From Octopus vulgaris (taxonomy: Eukaryota), in assembly GCA_951406725.2 (NCBI GenBank), contig OX597816.1:11036001-11100000 (forward strand): 64,000 nt of DNA. Reading direction: 5' to 3'. Every line of letters starts with the position of its first letter. The stretch's first letter is position 1. Below the pieces are notes generated by a model, which was given only the letters and a program-made list of their open reading frames with translations, was not told the DNA's origin and made no database searches. This document shows positions 53,150 to 64,000 of this stretch, piece after piece. The translations under genes and the position numbers were made by a program.

Positions 53150-53705
53150 CAACTGATGCAAATAGGGAACTATTACCAAACAACAACATTAGGGTTAGGA
53201 AAGGAACCCAAATCACAGATACAGGTGCAAACAGAAGCATTTTTGTCTAGACAAGGACATAATGGAAAAATATCTTGAAATTAACTGAAATAATGAAGAT
53301 AAATCAAATGAAAAGGTTAAAAAATATAATGAAATACAAACTCAAAATGTAATTTCAAAATGTATTGAACAAAAAATTAGAGGGTTAAAAAAATCACACC
53401 ATGACCAATATCATGCAAGACTCGACAGAGACGAAGTAAACATGAATGGAAGACAATAATGTCTCAAAAGTTCTCGGTTAGAAGCAGAAACAAATTTGAT
53501 TCTAGCTGCTCATGAATGACCACCCATGAATAACTATGGTTACAAAAATCATAATACCAAAAAAAAAAAATGCTGACATCATGTGCAGACTATGAAACCA
53601 ACACAATGAGTTGATTCCCTACAGTGTCTTTGGGTGACCAGTCCTTGCCAAGTATGAATTTATACAAAATCATAACTAAAGTTACAGGTAAATTCATTGT
53701 GTAAA
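53150..53705 (+). pseudogene. Very decayed R4/Dong-like fragment
   Basis: SSRLEAETNLILAAHE and ADIMCRL, matching the region before the CCHC knuckle. Confidence 0.5.
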
Positions 53706-53999
53706 AGGCTAACCATGTGGTTCCCCCAGTGGTCGCAGCTATTACAAGGGACATAACTTCTTCATAATATTTGGTGGGATTGAAAGTGGCAAACTGGAAA
53801 AATTGTTAGCACACTGGGCAAAACACTTTGCAGTATTTTGTCTGTCTCTATGTTCTGAGTTTAAAATCCACCAAGATCAATTTTGCCTTTCATCCTTTTG
53901 GGGTCAGTAAAATAAGAACCAGCTGGACACTAGGTTTGATGTATTCGACTTAGCTCCACCCCAAAATGGCTGGCCTTGTGCCAAATCAATTTGTCAAAA

Positions 54000-54800
<801 letters not shown>

Positions 54801-54806
54801 CAGGTA

Positions 54807-54991
54807 TTACAGTTCTATATTTGAGAGATGAGGAATTATGTACATTATTTACATTTGATGGACACTTGTCCTCATCCTGTTTGTTGTTAACACGTTTCGG
54901 CTGATATACTCTCCAGCCCTCATCAGGTGTCTTGGGGGAAATTTCAAACCTGGGTTCTCATTCCTAAGGTATTTTTCGATGTTATTATTAT

Positions 54992-55072
<81 letters not shown>

Positions 55073-55320
55073 TTATTATTATTATTATTATTATTATTAT
55101 GCCCATGGGCATATGGCGTAGCAGTTAAGAGCGCGGAATACTAACCCCAAGATTCCAAGTTCAATTCCAGACAGTGACCTGAATAACAATAATAATCAAA
55201 AAATATCTTAGGAATGAGAACCCAGGTTTGAAATTCCCCCAAGACATCTGATCAAGGCGTTATGTTATGTTAACAACAAACAAGATGAGGACACATATCC
55301 GTCCAATTTAAATAATATAC
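54807..55320 (-). mobile_element. Second head-to-head dimer of the tRNA/hammerhead SINE
   Basis: Arms meet at TATGCCCATGGGCATA (~55098-55113); flanked by AACAGGTA (54799-54806, 55321-55328). Confidence 0.8.
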
Positions 55321-55340
55321 AACAGGTAGTGTTTTATTAC

Positions 55341-55374
<34 letters not shown>

Positions 55375-55404
55375 GTTATTGTTATTATTATTATTATTAT
55401 ATGA

Positions 55405-55623
55405 AGGAGGCAAGCTGGCAGAATCATTAACATGCTAGGCAAAATGCCTAGTGTCATTTCGTCTGCCTTTCTGTTCTGAGTTCAAATTCTGCTGAAGTCG
55501 AGTTTGCCTTTCGTCCTTTTGGATTCAACGATTAAATAAGTACCAGTTACACACTAGGGTCGATGTAATAGACTTACCCCATCCCCACCCAAATTTCAAG
55601 CCTTGTGCCTATATTAGAAAGGA

Positions 55624-55697
<74 letters not shown>

Positions 55698-55710
55698 GTT
55701 ATTATTATTA

Positions 55711-55760
<50 letters not shown>

Positions 55761-56270
55761 AGATAATGAAAGTATCTTGTATATTTGAAGAATGGAAAAA
55801 TACTGATAATAGTACAATGGTGTTTGAATATAAAATATATCATTTATCATTTATCTTTAAATTTCTATTTGTTTGAATCATCTGACTGTGGCCATGTTGG
55901 GGCACCACCTTGAAAAATCTTTAGTTGAATGAACTGACTCCAGCACTTATATTTTCTAAAGCCTGGTACTTATTCTATCAGTCTCCTGTGTTCAACCACT
56001 AAGTTATGGGGATGTAAACAAACCAACAATGGTTGTCAAACAGAGGTGGGGGACTAACAGAGACACAAAGACGCAGGCATATAAAAATACATATAAATAC
56101 ATACATATATGACTAGCTTCTTTCAGTTTCCATCTACCAAATCCACTCACAAGGCTTTGGTTGGTGTGAGAGTATAGTAGTAGACACTTAAACTTGCCAA
56201 AGGTGCCATGCGCTGGGAATGAACCCAAAATCATATGGTTGAGATGAAGACTTCTTACCACATAGCCACA
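55405..56270. mobile_element. Family B SINE (+) ending in (TTA)n, then family A SINE (-)
   Basis: Homology to other copies. Confidence 0.8.
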
Positions 56271-57048
56271 CGTTTATAGTTTTCTAATAAGTTTTAATTA
56301 AAACTTGAAAGTCAAGTTGTAGACCATACTAATATATTTTATATATATATGTGTATATATGTACATATATATATATATGTGTGTGTGTATATATGTGTGT
56401 ATATATATATATATATGTGTGTATATGTGTATATATACACATACATACATACATACATACATACATACATACATACATACATTCATACATGCATACATAT
56501 ATATTATACATACATACCATAAAGATCAATGTGATATAAATTATATTCAAAGCAAAGAAGTAAAAAAAAATGACACTCTATATAAAAATTGTCAGCTTAA
56601 TTACTCAGATATTAATTTAATTTCTGAAAAATTGCTTGTTTGTTTTTAAGCTGAATTTCCAATTCCAATTTAAAAAAAAAAATGTATGATGAATTGTTTA
56701 TTTGTTAAAGAAGATTTATTTAAAATTATTGATACTGATATTTTTATAGTTAGTGTTTTTGTTGTTGTTATTTTCTTTTTGTGGTGGTTCAATGGTTTTT
56801 AGATATATCTGTTTGAGAAAACATTTAATTTGTAAACAACTGTTCAAACACTGCATTTATTTTACTAGCAAAGACACTGTCTCCAGAGTGGTTTGTGACT
56901 AGTCAGTATGATATATATAATTGTGTGTGTATATATATATATATATATACATCTTTACATATATATATATATACACACATATACATATATGTATATATAC
57001 CCATGCCAGTAAAGAAGGCGGATGTCAAACAATGGTGATGATGATGAT

Positions 57049-57093
<45 letters not shown>

Positions 57094-57532
57094 TATAGGG
57101 AGAATTTACCAAAAAAAACAACAAAAGACGACGACAGGTGGGGTAGACAACAAGCATATGTATTAGTATAAGGCTCGGGAAGTGAAAAAGTCTTTAACGT
57201 TTTGAGCCTACGCTCTTCCACAGAAAGGAACACAGTAAGAAACGAGAGAAAATATACATACACAAACATATATATACATAGAGAGAGGCATATATGTGTA
57301 TGTGTGAGTGTGTGTGTCAAACCAGAAATGGCTCTGACAAAACTAGCATTAATCTTTTAGGTCGTTCAACTTTTCTCAACTCATCAACAGACCAATTGAG
57401 AAACTTATCAACAACGAACCTATAATGACTACTGGAAACTGCTGCACACTGAGGTGGCAACAACCATTACTTTTCGGTAGTGTTACAACTTGCATCTCAT
57501 CTAGAGGTTTTAGAACTACCAACTTTACTTGC

Positions 57533-57578
<46 letters not shown>

Positions 57579-57591
57579 AATTTAAATAATA

Positions 57592-57822
57592 ACTCTTTAC
57601 TCTTTACTTTTTTACTTGTTTCAGTCATCTGACTGCAGCCATGCTGGAGCACCACCTTTAGTCGAGCAAATCGACCCCGGGACTTATTCTTTGTAAGCCC
57701 AGTACTTATTCTATTGGTCTCTTTTGCCGAACCGCTAAGTGACGGGGACGTAAACACACCAGCATCGGTTGTCAAGCACTGCTAGGGGGACAAACACAGA
57801 CACACAAACACACGCACATACT

Positions 57823-57858
<36 letters not shown>

Positions 57859-58022
57859 CGACAGGCTTCTTTCAGTTTTCGTCTACCAAATCCATTCACA
57901 AGGCATTGGTCGACCTGGGACTATAGCAGAAGACACTTGCCTAAGATGCCACACAGTGGGACTGAACCCGGAACCAAGTGGTTGGTTAGCAAGCTACTTA
58001 CCACACAGCCACTCCTGCACCT
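57592..58022 (-). mobile_element. Young family A SINE
   Basis: Full length. Confidence 0.9.
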
Positions 58023-58101
58023 AAGGGTAAAAAATATCAATTTAAACCAGTAGCCTAGCGTATGGAAAAAAAATCTGAAGATTCAGATAATTATATTACA
58101 T

Positions 58102-58463
58102 ACATATAAAAGGAATGCCCACTATGTGGACTGCTAATATGCTAAATGCAGACCCCATATGGTCTGACCATTAAGAAAGAATTGTTCTCAAGAAAATTCG
58201 GCAAACGCCAGAATGTAAAGCGAAAAGATACAAAATATAATGATCAGTCACATAGCAGAATTCATTGTTACCATTTACATTATGCAAATGTCTGCAAATC
58301 CTCAGTGCGACCTGGTATGGGACTAATCATTACATTCATTTGTCTTGTTCGCTTTAAGTTCTGGCATTCGCCAAATTTTCTTGAGAACAATTCTTTCTTA
58401 ATGGTCAGACCATATGGGGTCTACATTTAGCATATTAGCAGTCCACCTAGTTGTCGTTCCTCT

Positions 58464-58470
<7 letters not shown>
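58102..58470. mobile_element. Fold-back element with ~130-bp arms
   Basis: 58102-58234 / ~58339-58470; spacer holds a decayed CTGAGGA...TA hammerhead-like motif (-). Confidence 0.7.
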
Positions 58471-58494
<24 letters not shown>

Positions 58495-58878
58495 TCTTTT
58501 ACTTTCATTCTTTTACTTTTACTTGTTTCAGTCATTTGACTGCGGCCATGCTGGAGCACCGCCTTTAATCGAGCAACTCGACCCCGGGACTTATTCTTTT
58601 GTAAGCCCAGTACTTATTCTATCGGTCTCTTTTGCCGAACCGCTAAGTAACGGGGACATAAACACACCAGCATCGGTTGTCAAGCAATGCTGGGGGACAA
58701 ACACACACACGCATATATATATACATATATACGACGGGCTTCTTCCAGTTTCCGTCTACTAAATCCACTCACAAGGCTTTGGTCGGCCCGAGGCTATAGT
58801 AGAAGACACTTGCCCAAGGTGCCATACAGTGGGACTGAACCCGGAACCATGTGGTTGGTAAACAAGCTACTTACCACA
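58495..58878 (-). mobile_element. Family A SINE
   Basis: Homology to other copies. Confidence 0.9.
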
Positions 58879-58899
58879 TACATATATATATTATATGTA

Positions 58900-60215
58900 G
58901 AAGGTTGAAAAGGAACACATGAGTTGATATATATGGAAAAAAAGACAAGGTAGAAAATGCTAAAATAATTTTATAAAAAAAGATTTAAGTACCGGTTTCA
59001 GTCATTGTGACTTTTTCAACTGTAAGTATGGAAAACAATTAAATTTTGGAAAAATTAAAAGAAAAGTATTTTAAAAGAATATTTGCATAGTATTCAAATA
59101 CAAGGGTCATTTTCCTTGTTTCTGTCTCTCTTGTTTACTCTTGTGGGTTTGAGGGTGTTGTGAATTGTTGGCAGGGAAGAAGAAGATGGAGGAGGAGAAG
59201 AAGAAGAAGAAGAAGAAGAAGAAGAAGAAGAAGAAGAAGAAGAAGAAGAAGAAGAAGAAGGAGGAGGAGGAGGAGAAGAATGCAGGAGTGCCATGATAGT
59301 AGTAGGATGTTAAATAGTCAAGTGCCCTGAAAGTGACTTGTTGTGGATGGTAGTAGTGATTGAATTCTTGAGACATCTCTTTTGAATGTATTGTTTATAA
59401 AATTTGAATGGGTGTTATTCTAAACAGCAATAGCGGTCAAGTTAGGAAGGAGGTGGCAGAGAGGAAGAAGACAAAGAAGAAGGAGGAAGAGAAAAGAGAA
59501 TAAGAAAGGAATGTAGGTGGTATGATAGTTGTAGGGTGTTAAATGGTCAAGTGACCTAAAAGTGGCTCCTTACGGATTATAGCAGTGATTGGGAGTGTTT
59601 TTTAATGAATTCTTGGATATCTCTTGAGTGTATCATTTTTAATATTTGTGTGTGTTTGGGTTACGTTGTTGGATACGTTGTTTGTTGTAGATGCATTCAT
59701 AAGGGTCTGTATTTTGTAATATAGAGAGTCATTTTATTAATTCGTTGGCTACAGGTTATATCGTTCCTGAATTGGGGAAAAATTCTGAAGCCTGGATTTT
59801 TGTTATTGGCGCAAATGTTGATGTGTTGGCTGAATGCTGTTTTTCTGTTTTGGGGAATTTTGATCTGGGATCTGTGCATAGCTATCCTTTTATGTAGACT
59901 GTTTTTTGTTTGGCCTATGTATTGCTCTTGACACCTAGAGCAGGTTAGTGTGTATATCAGGTTCTCCAAAGCACATGCGAAGCTGCTTTTCACTGTGAAA
60001 TGTTGTCCCTGTTTGAAGGAGAACTCTGATCCTTCAATTAAATTGACGCATATCCCACAGTTTTTTTTACTGACGGCTTATGTGTTGTTGAGCATATCCG
60101 GGCTTGTGTTAGGAAACTTTTTCATAAATTTTGGTTTTTTCTGTGATCCATTTTTTAGCAGGGGAATGTTTTGAAGGATGGTGTTGAAGGCTTCATTGTT
60201 AAGAGGGTTATGAAA
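58900..60215 (-). pseudogene. 5'-truncated Penelope-like element, Neptune-like (Cys linker, GIY-YIG, 3' pLTR)
   Basis: CGICVNL...FACALENLIYTLTCSRCQEQYIGQTKNSLHKRIAMHRSQI; hammerhead-like motif at 58985-59025. Confidence 0.85.
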
Positions 60216-61387
60216 ATTAATATCAAAAAATTCTTCATGAATATATATATGCTTAAAACATATATATCCTTGTAAAGAATTTTTTGATATTAATTTTCAT
60301 GCTATCACTTCAGAATATATAATCACTCGTATTAAATGTCAAAATACTTTATAGTATTAATAATTTTGACACTTATATGCAAAGTGCACTCATTTTAAAT
60401 TCAGTATATAATATTCTCACAGAATATATTTAATTAATGATATACATATATACATTATACATATATATATTCTTTTGTTTCAGCCATTTGACTATGGCCA
60501 TACTGGAGCATCGCCTTTAGTCGAACAAAAGGGAGGGCATCCAGTCATAGAAACCATGCCAAATCAGACTGAACCTGGTGCAGCTCTCCAGCTAACCAGT
60601 CAGGATGGAAAAAAGATGTTAAATGATGGTGATGATGATGATGGTGATGATGATGGTGATGATGGTGATGATGGTGATGATGATTATGGATGATGATGAT
60701 ACTATAATAGTACATTTTGTACATATGTAACAAATATGGTGCCTCACAAATGGATTGAACCCAGAACCCCCTTGGCTGCAAAGCACATCTCTTTACTGCA
60801 TGGCCGTGCCTTTGCTTATAATGCCATGCTTGCGCTTACGTGATAAATTCTCAAGTATTTTAATGCTACTATTGTAATAACAAAATGCAGCTTCGATCCA
60901 ATTTAATTGGAACAAAACCAAATTCCAAGCAAGTTGATGCTGCTCCCTTGTCAATTTATAGGAATAACTTAACATAATGATACATGTTTTTCTCATGCCA
61001 TATACATGTATCTCCATTTATTGTTTTTCTGCTTCATGTTTGATATATTCTTCTGATAAAATCCACAGTGAATTTTGTTTCAGCTTTATGCATATTAATG
61101 CCAGCTCTTAATATCACTTTTCTCGTGTGGTGATCTTGAAATGGTAATATTTTGTGCAGAAAGAATTTTCATATTTGAAGACAATTGTGCTTATACAGAA
61201 TTAGTAAAACACCGAATTAAAATGCGTAAAAGAGGTAAGCTATAATCATCTTTATTCTGAGTTCAAATCACACATATAATAATCTTTGTATTAACGTCCA
61301 CTTTTACACGCATGCAAGATGCAATTAATTCATTCAGATGGTTTTGCCATGATTATACGGCCTTCCTGTCACAAACTTACATCTATA

Positions 61388-61803
61388 AGGCGGTGAGCTG
61401 GCAGAAACGTTAGCACGCCGGTTGAAATGCTTAGTGGTATTTCGTCTGCCGCTGTGTTCTGAGTTCAAATTCCGCCGAGGTCGACTTTGCCTTTCATCCA
61501 TTCAGGGTTGATAAATTAAGTACCAGTTACGCACTGGGGTCAATGTAATCGACTTAATCTCGTTGTCTGTCCTTGTTTGTCCCTTCTATGTTTAGCCCCT
61601 TGTGGGTAGTAAAGAAATAGGTATTTCGTCTGCTGTTATGTTCTGAGTTCAAATTCCGCCAAGGTCGACTTTACCTTTCATCCATTCAGGGTTGATAAAT
61701 TAAGTACCAGTTACGCACTGGGGTCAATGTAATCGACTTAATCTCGTTGTCTGTCCTTGTTTGTCCCCTCTATGTTTAGCCCCTTGTGGGCAATAAAGAA
61801 ATA
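61388..61803 (+). mobile_element. Young family B SINE tandem dimer
   Basis: Head AAGGCGGTGAGCTGGCAGAA; second unit starts at GGTATTTCG (~61620). Confidence 0.9.
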
Positions 61804-61849
61804 AAAGATAACCTACATCTATTTTTACCTTTTTCATTTTTTTCTTTTT

Positions 61850-62200
61850 ATTCAGGCATCATCCGGTCAGACTGATTGCCCAGGCCAGCATGTCTACCTC
61901 TCTTCATCCCTCCTTATCTTCCATTAATGTTTTTAGGTCTTCAACTTGGCATCCAACATCTGCAAGCTGTTGTATATACGTCTTCCATGGTACCATCATT
62001 TGGTGTCTGTAGCAACACATTATGCACAAGTTCTTCTTTACTTCTCCAAGAGTGGCCAGCAAACCTCAACCTCCTCTCTTGGATGGTTGATGAGAGAGTT
62101 GGTACATTCCCATATAAACGTTGTTTTGTTGGTTGCTTCCTCCAAGAGATGTTGAGCACTGCACGTAACATCCTGGTGTAAGTAACCAGAATGTTACCTC
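61850..62200 (-). pseudogene. RTE-clade LINE 3' remnant
   Basis: YTRMLRAVLNISW...IQERRLRFAGHSWR. Confidence 0.8.
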
Positions 62201-62437
62201 TTTCTAAACATAGTAATATCTCCCCAGGGCCTGACATGTTTCCATCTACCAAATCCACTCACAATGCTTTGGTTAGGTCAAGGCACCTTCAACACATGTC
62301 AAAGGGGTCACATGGTGAGTGGAACTGAACCTGAAATTAAATGGTTGGAAGTGAACTTCTTAATCACACAGCCATGGCCGTGCTTACCATTAAATACATG
62401 CATACATATTTGTGTATGTGTGTGTGAAGAATATGAG

Positions 62438-62727
62438 AGGTTTAGTTCACCTGTGATCTAAATGAATAGGTACGCTGAGTAAGTGCTATAATTGGCCTAC
62501 TGTTAGGTTCCAAATCCCAGCTAAGGTTGGATCTAGGGATCTGTATTAGGGTTCTGTTATAGCAGGTATATATTATATTGGAGGAAAAACAAAACCAAGG
62601 TAGATTGAGTATCTCAAGTCATTTAATTAGGGTAACGTGAATTTGAAGTCTTACCCTAATTGAATAATTCTAAATGGCTTGAGATACTCATTCTTCCTTG
62701 GTTTTGATTTTTTCTCTAATATAATAT
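62438..62727. mobile_element. PLE pLTR fold-back, same family as 40490-41085
   Basis: Shared ~120-bp leader; inverted arms meet at ~62651. Confidence 0.7.
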
Positions 62728-63204
62728 ATTTTATTTTCTCACCCTGTTTATTTCTGTGTTCCTTTCTATCGAAGGGCACAGGCTTAAAATGTAAAAGACG
62801 TTCTCACTTCCTGAGTGCTAAACTAATACATCTCTTCTAACAGAAAATATAGATTACGCTTCCCCTATATTGCCTAATAAATGTGAGGGGAGATCGATTC
62901 TCTGAATTACGCCCCCATTTGCTTTAAAACAGTGCTTTGCAAACTTTATGAGGCTGCTGCTCCCTTGACACCCAGGCCTCAATCCTAGCACCCCCACCCC
63001 AACCAATTATCACAAACATAGACCCCTTTCTGAAGCAAATTCAAAGCAACTGTATTTCACAAATATAACTTAACCTAATATGATGGGCTTCTTTCAGTTT
63101 CCAACTACCAAATCCACTTTGGTCGGCATGATTGCCCAAAGTGACACACAGTGGGACTGAACCCAAAGCCATGTGGTTGGGAAGCAAGCACTTCTGACCA
63201 CACA

Positions 63205-63255
<51 letters not shown>

Positions 63256-63404
63256 GCACACACACACACACACTTACACATGTATGTATGCATACACAAA
63301 CATCAAATTAACTAATTAAGTTCAAATATTCGATTCCGTATTCTTCCAGAGATGAATTTCATTTATTTTACACAAGAGGGAAAAGAGTATCTTTCAGAAG
63401 AGCA

Positions 63405-63782
63405 ACTGTGATGATGATGGTGATGATGGTTGTGGTGATGGAGCTGGTGACTGTGCTGATGGTGGTGATGGTGGTAATGATGGTAATGGCGGTAGTGGTG
63501 GTGGTGGCGATGAAAGTGTATGGTGGTGGTGGTGGTGGCATCGTTGATGGTGATGTTGGTATTGTTGTTGTTAGTGGTGTGGTAGTGATGGTAGTGACGG
63601 AGGTAGTGGTAGTGGTGGTGACATCATCGATGGTGTTGTTGCTGTTGTTGGTGTTGTTGGTGGTGGAGCTGGTAGTGGTCATGCCAACGTCAAAGTGAAA
63701 AAGTAGGCGTGGTGAAGGAAGAAGTGGAGTAGGAGGAGTAGGAGGAGGAAGAGGCAGAGGAAGAGAGGAGGAGGAGGATGAC
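63405..63782. repeat. Degenerate (GGT/GAT)n and (GGA)n low-complexity tract
   Basis: Direct. Confidence 0.85.
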
Positions 63783-64000
63783 TATGACACTAGTGACATT
63801 GGGTGGCACCCAAAGGGGCGCTGATAAATGCGATGTTCATGTCTGTGGTGTGGTTTGTCTATTGCTATCATTGTTATTGCATTACATAGATTACATTTTT
63901 TTTCTTTTTGCAATTAAAAACACAGTAATTACTTTCCTTCATAATATTATTAATTAAAATAGATAATTTATTTACCATATGTAATATACTGTGTATCTAT

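Noticed and set aside
55107-55180. tRNA gene
   Set aside because: It is a SINE head with no proper acceptor stem and runs directly into the element body
58102-58470. DNA-transposon MITE
   Set aside because: No clear TSD or superfamily TIR ends; the TA-rich context and hammerhead-like spacer fit a PLE fold-back better
60838-60866. Minus-strand microexon before a GTAAGC donor
   Set aside because: Lengths of 26 or 29 nt are not frame-preserving and do not fit the phase of the next candidate exon
63368-63698. Mucin-like Thr/Pro ORF
   Set aside because: Degenerate trinucleotide repeat with no splice or domain support

Overview
AT-rich, repeat-saturated eukaryotic DNA with no long ORF. The tRNA-derived SINE families and microsatellite load look like an octopus (coleoid cephalopod) genome; that assignment is inference. 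The window holds dozens of SINEs from about five families, decayed Penelope-like elements (PLEs), R4/Dong-like and RTE fragments, mariner, Helitron, hAT and piggyBac-like remnants, and long simple repeats. A few unique islands have phase-compatible splice sites on the minus strand, suggesting the 3' end of a host gene (low confidence). The most notable signal is a dense set of PLE-type pseudo-LTR fold-backs carrying minimal hammerhead ribozymes. These include a tRNA-headed SINE with a hammerhead tail that inserted twice as a head-to-head dimer flanked by target-site duplications. Family labels A, B, C are my own, and most element boundaries are approximate.
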